Shown here piece by piece: positions 1 to 10,425 of a stretch of DNA of 59,165 nucleotides. Below the pieces are notes generated by a model that was given only the letters and a program-made list of their open reading frames with translations, was not told where the DNA came from and ran no database searches. The stretch comes from Alphaproteobacteria bacterium (GTDB lineage: Bacteria > Pseudomonadota > Alphaproteobacteria > JANQMY01), in contig JANQMY010000498.1 of NCBI GenBank assembly GCA_028279895.1, positions 1 to 59,165 of the forward strand, written 5' to 3'. The first letter of the stretch is position 1; every line of letters begins with the position of its first letter. The position numbers were made by a program, and so were the translations under genes.

Positions 1-1362
1 TCAGGTGCCGATTGGAGTGCTTGCGGTGTGTCTATTGATAGCCGGACTATCGAACCGGGCGACTTGTTTGTTGCGATCGAAGGCGTGAACCAAGACGGCC
101 ACAAATATGTCGAAAGTGCCTTTGCCAATGGGGCAGCCGCAGCGATGGTGCACAGAGACACTAGCGAAACGGCCGGTCCAATTCTTCGGGTCAATGACAC
201 TCTTGAGGCGCTCAACCAACTTGGCCGCGCGGCCAGGGGCCGGACGGCCGCCAAGGTCGTGGCGGTAACAGGTAGTGTAGGCAAGACCGGTACAAAGGAA
301 GCGCTCAAAACGGCTTTGGCGCGATCGGGCGCAACGCATGCTTCTGCGGCCTCTTACAACAATCTTTGGGGCGTACCGCTCAGCCTTGCCCGCATGCCGC
401 GCGATACGCAATTTGGCGTGTTTGAGATTGGCATGAATCATCCGGGTGAAATTGCCCCACTGGTTGATTTGGTCCAACCCCATGTTGCCATTGTTACGAC
501 CGTGCAGCCCGTGCATATCGAATTTTTCGACAGCGTTGATGGAATTGCGGACGAGAAAGCAGAAATATTCAGTGCACTTCTGGAGGGCGGAACGGCCATA
601 GTCAATGCGGATATGGCTCACTTCAAGCGGGTCAAAGATCGGGCCGTGCATTATGGTGCCAGCAAAATCGTCGGTTTCGGAGAGGTGGCAACGGCGCAAG
701 CACGGTTGACGAAGTCCTCTGCCGGGCAGCAAGGAAGCGATGTGGAAGCCGATATATTGGGGCATAAAGTGTCCTACAAGGTTGCGCTGCCTGGACATCA
801 CTTCGTTGTCAATTCGCTCGCCGTTTTGGCTGCGGTCGTCGAGCTCGGCGGAAACCTGTCTAAAGGGGCTGACGCGCTCGGCGAGTTGAAACCTACAGAA
901 GGGCGTGGAACACAGCATCAAGTTCAGCTTGGCAAACATCGCGTTGTGCTTGTTGATGAGAGTTACAACGCAAATCCGGCCTCTGTCTCGGCTGCTCTAA
1001 GCGTTCTGTCAGACACAAATCCGTCCGCGGGCGGTCGCAGAATTGCGGTTCTTGGCGACATGCTGGAACTCGGAACTGACTCTGCGATGTATCATCGTGA
1101 CCTGGAAGTTCCGATCCGCGAAAATGATGTGGATCTAGTCTTCTTGTGTGGCGAACACATGGCGTCCCTTTGGGAAGTGCTGCCGGAGGAACGGCGCGGA
1201 GCGTTCGCGGAGAATTCAGAGCAGCTCATTGATCCTCTAATCGACACGCTTCGAGACGGTGACGTGTTGATGGTCAAGGGATCATTGGGCAGTCGAATGG
1301 GTAAGATCGTGCAGCAGTTGTTGTCTTTAAGCGCTGATGCCGATTCAGCCGGGGGAGGGTAA
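1..1362 (+). CDS. murF: UDP-N-acetylmuramoyl-tripeptide--D-alanyl-D-alanine ligase MurF, 5' end cut by window edge
   Basis: Frame 1 is open from nt 1, so the track start at 28 is only the first in-frame start codon. The protein has the MurF-type DSR..EPGDLFVA motif and the Mur ligase P-loop GSVGKTGTKE. It is the first gene of a collinear dcw cluster. Confidence 0.95.
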   Translation, partial: SGADWSACGVSIDSRTIEPGDLFVAIEGVNQDGHKYVESAFANGAAAAMVHRDTSETAGPILRVNDTLEALNQLGRAARGRTAAKVVAVTGSVGKTGTKEALKTALARSGATHASAASYNNLWGVPLSLARMPRDTQFGVFEIGMNHPGEIAPLVDLVQPHVAIVTTVQPVHIEFFDSVDGIADEKAEIFSALLEGGTAIVNADMAHFKRVKDRAVHYGASKIVGFGEVATAQARLTKSSAGQQGSDVEADILGHKVSYKVALPGHHFVVNSLAVLAAVVELGGNLSKGADALGELKPTEGRGTQHQVQLGKHRVVLVDESYNANPASVSAALSVLSDTNPSAGGRRIAVLGDMLELGTDSAMYHRDLEVPIRENDVDLVFLCGEHMASLWEVLPEERRGAFAENSEQLIDPLIDTLRDGDVLMVKGSLGSRMGKIVQQLLSLSADADSAGGG

Positions 1363-1368
1363 CAGGCT

Positions 1369-2460
1369 GTGTTGTATCATTTGTTGGTGCCGTTAAGCGA
1401 TCAATTCGGCATCTTTAACGTTTTTCAGTACACGACGTTTCGAACCGGCGGCGCAATCATGACAGCGCTTTTCGTAAGCTTGTTTTTCGGGCCGCGTATC
1501 ATTGATTTGCTTCGCGCTCGTCAAAGCGCCGGACAGCCCATCCGAGAAGAAGGTCCAGAATCGCACTTGCTGACAAAGAAGGGCACACCGACGATGGGAG
1601 GATTCCTCATCTTGTTCGGAGTGCTTGTCGGAACCCTCTTATGGGCCGATCTGACCAATCAGTATGTTTGGGCCGTGCTTCTGGTCATCGTCGGGTTTGG
1701 ATTTGTCGGATTTGTCGATGACTACCTTAAGGTGACTAAACGCTCAAGCGACGGCATTTCAGGCCGCATCAAGTTGATTTCTCAATTCCTCTTCGCGTTC
1801 GCTGCCATCGTATGGATTCAGTCCATTATGGGCCCGGAGTTGGGGCAGGCGTTGGCGGTGCCATTCATTAAAGACCTTCTGATCAACCTGACTTGGTTCG
1901 GTTTCATACTCTTTGCCATGCTGGTGATTGTGGGGGCATCCAATGCGGTAAACCTGACGGACGGCTTGGACGGATTGGCAATTGTTCCGATCATGATCGC
2001 CGTTTCGAGTTTTGCATTGATCGCCTATCTGACGAGCAACGAGTTGTTTGCGAACTACCTGCAGATCAACTTCGTCCGGGGCACGGACGAACTGGTGATT
2101 TTGTGTGGGGCAATCGTTGGAGCTGGTTTGGGCTTTCTTTGGTTCAATGCGCCGCCGGCAATGGTGTTCATGGGAGATACCGGTTCACTGTCTTTAGGTG
2201 GTGCGGTCGGGGCAATTAGTGTGGCCACTAAGCATGAGTTGGTGTTGGTCATCATTGGGGGGTTGTTTGTCCTTGAGGCCGTGTCGGTCATCGTACAGGT
2301 GGCGTCGTACAAACTTACCGGTAAACGGGTTTTTCGGATGGCCCCTATCCATCATCACTTTGAGCAGATGGGCTGGTCGGAGCCCACGATTGTTATTCGC
2401 TTCTGGATAATCGCCGTTGTCTTAGCCTTGATCGGCCTCACCACACTGAAGCTGAGGTAG
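1369..2460 (+). CDS. mraY: phospho-N-acetylmuramoyl-pentapeptide transferase
   Basis: GTG start 7 nt after the murF stop. The product is a polytopic membrane protein with [13 protein letters not shown] and PIHHHFE motifs. Confidence 0.96.
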   Translation: MLYHLLVPLSDQFGIFNVFQYTTFRTGGAIMTALFVSLFFGPRIIDLLRARQSAGQPIREEGPESHLLTKKGTPTMGGFLILFGVLVGTLLWADLTNQYVWAVLLVIVGFGFVGFVDDYLKVTKRSSDGISGRIKLISQFLFAFAAIVWIQSIMGPELGQALAVPFIKDLLINLTWFGFILFAMLVIVGASNAVNLTDGLDGLAIVPIMIAVSSFALIAYLTSNELFANYLQINFVRGTDELVILCGAIVGAGLGFLWFNAPPAMVFMGDTGSLSLGGAVGAISVATKHELVLVIIGGLFVLEAVSVIVQVASYKLTGKRVFRMAPIHHHFEQMGWSEPTIVIRFWIIAVVLALIGLTTLKLR

Positions 2461-2465
2461 CGCTG

Positions 2466-3884
2466 TTGGTCCCTGTTAGGCAGTACAAAGGAAAAAAAAT
2501 AGCGGTATTTGGTCTTGCACGATCAGGGTTGGCAGCTGCGCTCGCCTTGAGTGAAGGCGGTGCTGAAATTGTTGCATGGGATGACAACCAGGCTCAGCGC
2601 GAGGCAGCGTCAAATGCAGGCATCCAGACAGCAAATCTGTACGAGGCGGACTGGTCGTCCATAGATTTGTGCATCTTAAGCCCCGGCGTGCCGCTGACAC
2701 ATCCGGCCCCCCATGCAATCGTCACCAAGGCGCGGGAAAGCAATATCGAGATCGTTGGAGATATAGAACTTTTTGCGCAGGAGTGGGAAGCCTGCGAGAA
2801 GAGGCCGAACCTCATCTGCATCACGGGTACAAACGGCAAATCGACGACGACGTCGCTTGTTGGACACGTCTTGCGGCAGGCGCAACGGTCCGTTGAGGTG
2901 GGCGGCAACATTGGTGAACCAGCATTGTCATTAAGCGGTTTTGACGCGCATGTGGGAGCCTACGCCTTAGAGGTGTCATCCTATCAGCTTGACCTATCAC
3001 CGAGTTTACGCCCCAGCATCTCAGTGCTGCTCAACATATCGCCTGATCACCTAGACCGGCACGGCGGTATGGAAGGCTATGTGGACGCCAAGCGAAAGAT
3101 CTTTCGTAATCAAGGTCACGGTGATGTGGCAATTGTCAGCGTGGACGACCCGTATTGCGCTGAGATCTGCACCGACATATCGCGAAACGGGATCGAGCGG
3201 GTTATTCCCATTTCGGTCGGCAAAGCGCTTAGCAAGGGTGTGTATGTGGTAGACGGCATTTTGTTTGACGGTTTTGAAAGTCCGTGTACCGAAGTTTTAG
3301 ACCTTCATGAATGTCAAAATCTGAAGGGCGAGCACAATTGGCAGAATGCCGCGGCCGGCTTCGCTGTCGGCCGGGCGCTGGGCATTTCTACAGATATGAT
3401 TGCGCGCGCCCTTAGATCGTTCCCAGGGTTGCCGCATCGTCTTGAACTTGTTGGCGAATTGGACGGCGTTAGATTCGTCAACGATTCCAAAGCGACCAAT
3501 GTGGATGCGGCCTGCAGGGCGCTCTCCTCTTTTGAGAATGTATATTGGATCGCCGGTGGACGGTCCAAGTCAAAGGCGCTGGAACCGCTGCATGAGTTTA
3601 GGGATCGGATCAAAAAGGCATTTCTGATCGGGGAAGCGGCAGCCGATTTCTCAAACGCGCTGGCGTCCTTTACGCCATCGGAACTCTCCGGTGACTTGGC
3701 AAGCGCTGTTGGTGCTGCCTTTCTGGAGGCGCGCCGAAGCTCCGAACAAGATCCGGTCGTTCTCCTTTCGCCGGCTTGTGCGTCTTTCGATCAATTCTCG
3801 GACTTCGAGGAACGTGGCAACGCGTTCAAGGCGGCCGTTGACGAACTAATGGCAACCCAGACACGTGGAGGGGCAGCGGCATGA
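2466..3884 (+). CDS. murD: UDP-N-acetylmuramoylalanine--D-glutamate ligase
   Basis: TTG start. N-terminal Rossmann-like FGLARSG and Mur ligase P-loop GTNGKSTT. Position in the dcw cluster fits. Confidence 0.95.
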   Translation: MVPVRQYKGKKIAVFGLARSGLAAALALSEGGAEIVAWDDNQAQREAASNAGIQTANLYEADWSSIDLCILSPGVPLTHPAPHAIVTKARESNIEIVGDIELFAQEWEACEKRPNLICITGTNGKSTTTSLVGHVLRQAQRSVEVGGNIGEPALSLSGFDAHVGAYALEVSSYQLDLSPSLRPSISVLLNISPDHLDRHGGMEGYVDAKRKIFRNQGHGDVAIVSVDDPYCAEICTDISRNGIERVIPISVGKALSKGVYVVDGILFDGFESPCTEVLDLHECQNLKGEHNWQNAAAGFAVGRALGISTDMIARALRSFPGLPHRLELVGELDGVRFVNDSKATNVDAACRALSSFENVYWIAGGRSKSKALEPLHEFRDRIKKAFLIGEAAADFSNALASFTPSELSGDLASAVGAAFLEARRSSEQDPVVLLSPACASFDQFSDFEERGNAFKAAVDELMATQTRGGAAA

Positions 3885-5020
3885 ACTCTTTCCCTCGAAC
3901 GGATCGCAGCATGATGGCCCAATGGTGGTGGACGGTCGATCGCGTGTCTCTTTTTGTCATCTTCGCCCTCATTCTTGGTGGGGTGGTTGTTGCGTTGGCT
4001 GCAAGTCCGCCGGTTGCCGAGCGCCTGGACCTCGGGCCTTTTCACTTCGTGTACAGACAAATGATTTTTGTGATTCCGACTCTGGTGTGCCTGTTCGGAA
4101 TTTCCTTGCTGAGTGCAAGGGGCGTGCGCCGGGTGGCCGCGGTCATTTTTTGCCTTGGACTTATTCTAATGGTGCTCACTTTGCTCATCGGGCCTGAAGT
4201 GAAAGGCGCGCACCGATGGCTTTCTATCGGATCCTTTACCATCCAGCCGTCGGAGTTTGTGAAACCGGCGTTTGTCGTATTGGCTGCGTGGTTTTTTGCT
4301 GAAGGAAAACGTCATCCCGACGTTCCGGGGAATACGCTAGCTGCCGCGGTGTTCGTTCTGTTCTTGGGATTGCTTGTCCTTCAACCCGATTTCGGACAAG
4401 CGATTTTGGTGTCACTCGTCTGGGGCACGATGTTCTTTCTGTCCGGTGTCTCATGGCCATGGATTGCGGGCTTAGCGGTTTCCGGATTGGCAGGTTTTTT
4501 CGTTGCCTATCAGTTGGTGCCGCATGTTTCCAGCAGAGTAGACCGGTTTCTGTTTCCTGAGTCAGGTGACACCTATCAAGTCGATAAGGCCCTAGAAGCC
4601 TTTACCCAGGGCGGCGTCCTGGGCAGGGGGCCAGGCGAAGGGCAGATCAAACAGATCATTCCCGATGCGCATACAGATTTTATCTTTGCCGTGTTGGCCG
4701 AGGAATATGGCCTTCTCCTATGCCTGTTTATCGTTTTGATGTTTGCCATAGTTGTCGTTCGCGTTTTTGCACGGGCGCTGGAAGAGGTTGACGAGTTCGT
4801 CTACATCGCATCCTGCGGACTAATCTCACTGTTTGGACTTCAGGCGATCATCAACATGGCCGTCAACCTGAACCTCCTGCCCGCGAAAGGCATGACGTTG
4901 CCGTTTCTTTCCTACGGCGGATCATCACTGCTTTCCTTATCGATTACGATGGGCATGGTCTTGGCTCTCACCCGAAAGCGAAGTGGGATCGCCGCAGGAC
5001 AGATGGCGTTTGCCCGATGA
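3881..5020 (+). CDS. ftsW: SEDS-family cell division glycosyltransferase FtsW
   Basis: Overlaps the murD stop by 4 nt. About 10 TM segments, with TDFIFAVLAEEYG and LPFLSYGGSS motifs. Lies between murD and murG. Confidence 0.94.
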   Translation: MNSFPRTDRSMMAQWWWTVDRVSLFVIFALILGGVVVALAASPPVAERLDLGPFHFVYRQMIFVIPTLVCLFGISLLSARGVRRVAAVIFCLGLILMVLTLLIGPEVKGAHRWLSIGSFTIQPSEFVKPAFVVLAAWFFAEGKRHPDVPGNTLAAAVFVLFLGLLVLQPDFGQAILVSLVWGTMFFLSGVSWPWIAGLAVSGLAGFFVAYQLVPHVSSRVDRFLFPESGDTYQVDKALEAFTQGGVLGRGPGEGQIKQIIPDAHTDFIFAVLAEEYGLLLCLFIVLMFAIVVVRVFARALEEVDEFVYIASCGLISLFGLQAIINMAVNLNLLPAKGMTLPFLSYGGSSLLSLSITMGMVLALTRKRSGIAAGQMAFAR

Positions 5021-6207
5021 ACGATAGCCCAAATATCATGACGGCGCCCATTGTGGTTGCAGCCGGAGGGACAGGAGGGCACTTGTTTCCTGCTCAAGCG
5101 CTTGCTGCGGAAATGGTCAAGCGCGGACGAAAGATTGTGCTTATCACGGATAATCGGGGCGAAGGGTTCTCGCAAAGGTTTCCAAATGCAGATATTCGTC
5201 ACATTCGGGCTGCCACATTTGCCGGCGCGGGAGTCGTCGGCCGCATAAGTGCCGCGGTTAAGATTGTTTTGGGCATATACGATGCCATCCGCGTTCTCCG
5301 GCAAACAAAGCCGCGCGTCGTCATCGGCTTTGGTGGATACCCATCGTTCCCGACTATGGTGGCAGCCATGGTGTGTGGCGTACGGCGCTGTGTCCATGAG
5401 CAAAACGCAATATTGGGGCGTGTAAACAAAGTGATTGCGACGCGCATTAACCTGATTGCTTCTACGTTCGGGCCGTTCGAAGACGTTTCCGCGTCCGTCA
5501 ACCAGAAGGTTGTGGTGACCGGCAATCCATTACGCGATCCGATTATCGCACAAGCACAAAGCCCGTATCCCGAAATCTCCGAGTCCGGCGAATTGAACCT
5601 GCTTGTATTCGGGGGGAGCCAAGGCGCACGCGTATTCAGCGATGTCGTTCCCGATGCTTTGCGTCTTTTGCCGGATAGTATGCGCAATAGACTGCGCGTG
5701 GTTCAGCAGGCGCGTCCCGAAGATGTCGCTCGTGTGGAAGACGCTTTTCAACAATCAGGTATCGCGGCTGACGTGTCGGCCTTTTTCGAGGACATGGCGC
5801 GTCGGATCTCAGAATCCCATCTGATCGTGTGCCGATCCGGTGCGTCTACTGTGTGCGAGATTGCTGCAATTGGACGTCCTGCAATCTTTGTCCCCTTGCC
5901 GACGGCGATGGATGACCACCAAACCGTCAATGCGTCGTTTCTTGCGGCGAAAGGTGGAGGGTGGCTGATGCGGCAAAATGCGATGACCGCGGAGGCGCTG
6001 GCTGGGAGGATTATTGACCTGTTTCATAATCCTGAAGAGTTGCGATCTGCGGCAGCCGAGGCGCGATCGTCGGGGCGAACACAAGCCACCTCGTACCTCG
6101 CTGACGTTCTTGAAGATGTGGAAGCGCGCCGGCCGGTGAGGGGGCCGCAGATGATGGAAACGGGGGCCGTCGGTAGCGGCAATCCGGGTCGAGCGGTGCG
6201 GCCATGA
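5017..6207 (+). CDS. murG: undecaprenyldiphospho-muramoylpentapeptide beta-N-acetylglucosaminyltransferase
   Basis: 4-nt overlap with ftsW. N-terminal GGTGGHLFPA motif. Carries a short Gly/Pro-rich C-terminal tail. Confidence 0.95.
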   Translation: MNDSPNIMTAPIVVAAGGTGGHLFPAQALAAEMVKRGRKIVLITDNRGEGFSQRFPNADIRHIRAATFAGAGVVGRISAAVKIVLGIYDAIRVLRQTKPRVVIGFGGYPSFPTMVAAMVCGVRRCVHEQNAILGRVNKVIATRINLIASTFGPFEDVSASVNQKVVVTGNPLRDPIIAQAQSPYPEISESGELNLLVFGGSQGARVFSDVVPDALRLLPDSMRNRLRVVQQARPEDVARVEDAFQQSGIAADVSAFFEDMARRISESHLIVCRSGASTVCEIAAIGRPAIFVPLPTAMDDHQTVNASFLAAKGGGWLMRQNAMTAEALAGRIIDLFHNPEELRSAAAEARSSGRTQATSYLADVLEDVEARRPVRGPQMMETGAVGSGNPGRAVRP

Positions 6208-6223
6208 GTTTTAGGGTCGATCA

Positions 6224-7648
6224 ATGAGAACGCTTCCCTTCGACATCGGCACCATCCATTTTGTCGGAATTGGCGGTATCGGTATGAGCGGTATCGCTGA
6301 AGTGATGCACAATCTCGGCTATTCGGTGCAGGGCAGCGACCTTTCCGAGAACGGTAACGTGGCCCGACTGAAAGATCTTGGTGTTCCCGTCGCTGTCGGT
6401 CAGCGTGAAGAAAATCTAAAGAACGCATCTGTTGTCGTCGTGTCTTCTGCCATTGGAGAGGACAATGCGGAGTATCTCGCTGCGCAGTCTCGCCATATTC
6501 CGATCGTGCGGCGTGCGGAGATGTTGGCCGAATTGATGCGGTTTAAGTGGTCGGTCGCCATTGGCGGAACCCATGGCAAAACCACCACCACATCGCTTGT
6601 CGCCACCTTGTTCGACGGGGCGGGCATGGATCCGACCGTCATCAATGGTGGGATAATCAATGCTTACGGCACGAATGCTCGAAAGGGCGAAGGCGAGTGG
6701 ATGATCGTTGAGGCCGATGAAAGCGATGGTTCGTTTGTCCGGCTTCCCGCCACAGTGGGCGTTGTGACGAACATCGATCCTGAGCATATGGATCATTATG
6801 GCAGTCTGATGGAGCTGCGGCGGTCTTTTCAGACGTTTATCGAGAACATTCCCTTCTATGGTCTTGCCGTGATGTGCATCGATCATCCTGAGGTCCAGGC
6901 GATGATTGGGCGCGTTAGAGACAAGCGCATCATAACCTATGGTCTCAGTCCGCAGGCGGATGTCCGCGCCGAAAACTTGGTTTTGCAACGCGATGGCGCT
7001 CAGTTCGACGTTACTGCCGTAAACCGCATAACCGGCCAGGTCCGAACCGTCTCTGATCTTCATTTGCCCATGCCCGGAAATCACAACGTGCAAAATGCAC
7101 TAGCGGCTATCACGGTTGCCCTCGAGATGGACGTGCCACCTGAGAAGATACGGTCGTCGTTGGAGAAGTTTGGCGGCGTAAAGCGCCGTTTCACAAAGAC
7201 AGGGGAATGGAACGGTGTCACCATTATCGATGACTACGGACATCACCCCGTCGAGATTGCAGCTGTGCTTGAGGCGGCGCGCCACGCCCTCACCGGAAAC
7301 CTGATTGCCGTCGTGCAACCTCACCGGTTCACTCGATTGCGCGACTTGTTTGAAGACTTCTGCACCTGCTTCAACGATGCGGATACTGTGATTGTTACGC
7401 CCGTCTACCCGGCCGGCGAGGAGCCGCTGGAGGGCTACGACCGAGACGCACTCATCGAAGGCGTTCGGGCGCATGGCCATCGACATGTGGTGCCATTGGA
7501 AGACCCGGCCGCTCTGCCCGAACTTATTTCCACCTTGAGTGAGCCAGGCGATGTTGTCGTTTGTTTGGGGGCCGGCTCAATCACGGGGTGGGCCAATGAT
7601 CTGCCGTCAGAACTTGAGCGTCTGTCGACTGGAAGGGCGGGCCAATGA
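6224..7648 (+). CDS. murC: UDP-N-acetylmuramate--L-alanine ligase
   Basis: [14 protein letters not shown]-terminus and [11 protein letters not shown]-loop. Confidence 0.96.
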   Translation: MRTLPFDIGTIHFVGIGGIGMSGIAEVMHNLGYSVQGSDLSENGNVARLKDLGVPVAVGQREENLKNASVVVVSSAIGEDNAEYLAAQSRHIPIVRRAEMLAELMRFKWSVAIGGTHGKTTTTSLVATLFDGAGMDPTVINGGIINAYGTNARKGEGEWMIVEADESDGSFVRLPATVGVVTNIDPEHMDHYGSLMELRRSFQTFIENIPFYGLAVMCIDHPEVQAMIGRVRDKRIITYGLSPQADVRAENLVLQRDGAQFDVTAVNRITGQVRTVSDLHLPMPGNHNVQNALAAITVALEMDVPPEKIRSSLEKFGGVKRRFTKTGEWNGVTIIDDYGHHPVEIAAVLEAARHALTGNLIAVVQPHRFTRLRDLFEDFCTCFNDADTVIVTPVYPAGEEPLEGYDRDALIEGVRAHGHRHVVPLEDPAALPELISTLSEPGDVVVCLGAGSITGWANDLPSELERLSTGRAGQ

Positions 7649-8592
7649 ATCGCCAGACGGCATTGGAGGAACTGGAGTGGTTACCGGAGCAGCTCAAGCA
7701 GCGCGTTGAGAGAAACGTGCCTTTGGCGCCAATCACATGGTTCCGGGTCGGTGGGAACGCGTCCTATATGTTCCGCCTGAAGACCAAAGCGGAATTGGTT
7801 GAGCTCCTCCGACACATGCCTGACAACCTGCCACGCCTTGCTTTAGGTGTGGGCTCGAACGTGTTGATACGCGATGGTGGTGTCGCGGGTGCCGTTATTC
7901 GGCTCGCTGGAGAGTTCGGCGCGATTACCGTGGAGGCCGATCACTGTATCCGTGCCGGGGCCGCAGCGCTGGATGTGGCAGTTGCGCGTTTTGCTCAGAA
8001 GAATAGTGTCGGCGGATTAGAGTTTCTCCGCGGCATTCCCGGTACTATTGGCGGCGCTCTGCGTATGAATGCAGGGGCTTACGGCCATGAGCTAAAAGAT
8101 GTTCTTATCGAGGCAACGGCGATTGACCGGCGCGGCAATATGGGAACGTACTCGGTCGCAGACCTGAAATATGCCTACCGAAGCTGTGGGGCCGCTGCAG
8201 ATCTGATTTTTGTGGAGGCCCTGCTGCGAGGACAGCCGGCTAACGCTGACGATATCGCAGCGCGCATGAGTGAGATTACTGAAGCGCGCGAATCCTCACA
8301 GCCTGTGCGGAGCCGCACAGGCGGCAGTACCTTCAAAAATCCGGACCCCGATCTCTCCGGCGGACGACGTGCCTGGGAACTCATCGACGAGGCCGGGTGT
8401 CGTGGCCTGCGTGTTGGAGATGCTCAAGTTTCGGAACACCACTGCAACTTCTTGATCAACCATGGTCAAGCAACAGCCCAAGAGCTTGAAAGCCTTGGCG
8501 AATTGGTTCGCAACAAGGTGCTGGAAAAAACATCCGTTCAGCTGGAATGGGAAATTAAGAGGCTTGGCCGGGAAAAGACCGATGGCAGATAG
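7645..8592 (+). CDS. murB: UDP-N-acetylenolpyruvoylglucosamine reductase
   Basis: 4-nt overlap with murC. FAD-binding PCMH-type N-terminal half. Its place in the dcw order fits. Confidence 0.94.
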   Translation: MNRQTALEELEWLPEQLKQRVERNVPLAPITWFRVGGNASYMFRLKTKAELVELLRHMPDNLPRLALGVGSNVLIRDGGVAGAVIRLAGEFGAITVEADHCIRAGAAALDVAVARFAQKNSVGGLEFLRGIPGTIGGALRMNAGAYGHELKDVLIEATAIDRRGNMGTYSVADLKYAYRSCGAAADLIFVEALLRGQPANADDIAARMSEITEARESSQPVRSRTGGSTFKNPDPDLSGGRRAWELIDEAGCRGLRVGDAQVSEHHCNFLINHGQATAQELESLGELVRNKVLEKTSVQLEWEIKRLGREKTDGR

Positions 8593-9523
8593 CTCACAAC
8601 GTAAGTATGCGCATGTTGCCGTTTTAATGGGCGGCTGGTCGTCCGAACGAGAGGTGAGCCTTGTCAGCGGTAAAGCGTGTGCGTCTGCCTTGCGCGAGGC
8701 GGGATATCGAGTTTCCGAAGTCGATGTGACTCACGACGTCGCCGCAACTTTGCGTGAGCTATGCCCTGATGTTGCGTTTAATGCGCTTCATGGCCCCTGG
8801 GGCGAGGACGGCTGCATTCAAGGCCTACTGGAGATCCTGGAGATTCCTTACACGCATTCGGGAGTCTTGGCATCGTCCCTGGCGATGGACAAAGAAAAAG
8901 CGAAGCATCTTTTTCGTGCTGTTGGGCTGCCTTGCGCCAAAAGCATCGTTGTCGAACGGGGCCTCTCCATGAAGCAGGAAGAAATTGCAGCACCTTATGT
9001 GATTAAGCCGGTCAATGAAGGATCCAGTGTTGGGGTCTATTTGGTCCGCCCGGGCGATAATCTGCCGCCTCCGGCTTTTGATCCAACCGAGGAATCGGAC
9101 AACGACCAAGTAATGGTGGAAGAGTTCATCCCGGGCCGGGAATTAACCGTGTCGGTGATGGGGGATCGCGCCCTCACCGTCACCGAGATTCACCAGGACG
9201 CCTCTTTCTATGACTACCATTCCAAATACGCTCCAGGCGGGTCACGGCACACCTTGCCGGCTGCGCTTCCCGAAGCTGTGACGCAACAGGCGCTGGCATA
9301 TAGTTTGGAGGCACACAGAGTGTTGGGGTGTAGGGGTGTCACCCGATCTGACTACCGCTATGACGATACTCAGGGCGGCGAGGGAAGACTTGTCCTTTTG
9401 GAGATCAATACCCAACCCGGTATGACGCCCACATCGCTGGTGCCCGAACAAGCCGCCCACATTGGGATTAGTTTTCCTGATTTAGTTCAATGGATAACGG
9501 AGGACGCCTCATGTTCTCGGTAA
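8582..9523 (+). CDS. ddl: D-alanine--D-alanine ligase
   Basis: ATP-grasp protein. The internal ATG at 8582 gives the typical [28 protein letters not shown]-terminus and an 11-nt overlap with murB. The track start at 8462 would overlap murB by 131 nt. Confidence 0.92.
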   Translation: MADSSQRKYAHVAVLMGGWSSEREVSLVSGKACASALREAGYRVSEVDVTHDVAATLRELCPDVAFNALHGPWGEDGCIQGLLEILEIPYTHSGVLASSLAMDKEKAKHLFRAVGLPCAKSIVVERGLSMKQEEIAAPYVIKPVNEGSSVGVYLVRPGDNLPPPAFDPTEESDNDQVMVEEFIPGRELTVSVMGDRALTVTEIHQDASFYDYHSKYAPGGSRHTLPAALPEAVTQQALAYSLEAHRVLGCRGVTRSDYRYDDTQGGEGRLVLLEINTQPGMTPTSLVPEQAAHIGISFPDLVQWITEDASCSR

Positions 9524-10425
9524 AGAAGAAGCAGAAGCGGCGCACCGCGGCGCCACGCAAACTGGGTGCCATTCACATAGGGCCAGCCCGCGCACGCCGA
9601 TCAAAAAACACACGGGGGCGGTGGTGGAAAGATCTACGTCGGTCCGTCCATGGATACCGTCCGGTTGCGGTCGCGTCGGTAGCGATAGCGATGATGGGTG
9701 CCGTGTACGTAGCTTTTGCCAGCGGCCAAGTGGCCCGATGGGGGGACGCGGTCTATGCCTCGCTCGACTCCGGACTCAGGTCGGTGGGAGTCCGTGTGGA
9801 GCGCATTGTTCTGACAGGACGAAAAAACAGTGACATTGATGACATAAAGCGCGCAATCGGTCTTGAGCGGGCAGACTCAATGTTGAATGTTAATACAAAA
9901 GTGATTCGCGAAAGGCTGTTGGAATTGGGCTGGGTAGAGCAAGCTACTGTGCAGCGGTTGCTGCCCAATCGCATCAACGTGGGAATTGTAGAGCGTGAAC
10001 CGTTTGCCGTGTGGCAGTTGAACGGATCGCTCAGCCTTGTCGATGAAACGGGCACGTCAATCGGCGGTGCGGATGCGAAACGCTTTGGTCATCTTCCCCT
10101 GATCGTTGGCAAGGGCGCAAATGATCAGGCCGCCCATCTTTTCGCGGCTCTTGCTCCGTATCCAGAGATTCGCGGCCGAGTGCGCGCAGCAATACGCATT
10201 GGCGAGCGCAGATGGAACCTGAGATTGGCGTCAGGCATTGACGTGAAGCTTCCAGAAGGTGCGCTGGACCGTTCATTGCGCGAGTTGTCAATTTTGGAAA
10301 CCGAAACGCGGCTGCTCGTAAGAGACATCCGCGCGCTCGATTTGCGTTTCCCAGACCGGCTGATTATCCAAACGAAAGATGGGGCCATCACCGATCTCAA
10401 GCCGCAGGCCGGTAAGGATACTTAA
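9490..10425 (+). CDS. ftsQ: cell division protein FtsQ (basic N-terminus, one TM segment, POTRA region)
   Basis: Lies between ddl and ftsA. Has a single TM helix (VAVASVAIAMMGAVYVAF) followed by a periplasmic domain. The start is ambiguous between ATG 9490 and ATG 9511, and both overlap the end of ddl. Confidence 0.88.
   Translation: MDNGGRLMFSVKKKQKRRTAAPRKLGAIHIGPARARRSKNTRGRWWKDLRRSVHGYRPVAVASVAIAMMGAVYVAFASGQVARWGDAVYASLDSGLRSVGVRVERIVLTGRKNSDIDDIKRAIGLERADSMLNVNTKVIRERLLELGWVEQATVQRLLPNRINVGIVEREPFAVWQLNGSLSLVDETGTSIGGADAKRFGHLPLIVGKGANDQAAHLFAALAPYPEIRGRVRAAIRIGERRWNLRLASGIDVKLPEGALDRSLRELSILETETRLLVRDIRALDLRFPDRLIIQTKDGAITDLKPQAGKDT

Noticed and set aside
1-939. 312-aa minus-strand ORF at the start of the window
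   Set aside because: It is entirely antisense to murF, which has clear Mur ligase motifs. The composition is Arg/Cys-rich and not protein-like, typical of a shadow ORF.
6416-7093. 225-aa minus-strand ORF
   Set aside because: It is antisense to murC. The same reasoning applies to other antisense ORFs over 150 aa, including 46997..47536, 47533..48126, 49202..49714, 42848..43327 and 5199..5687.
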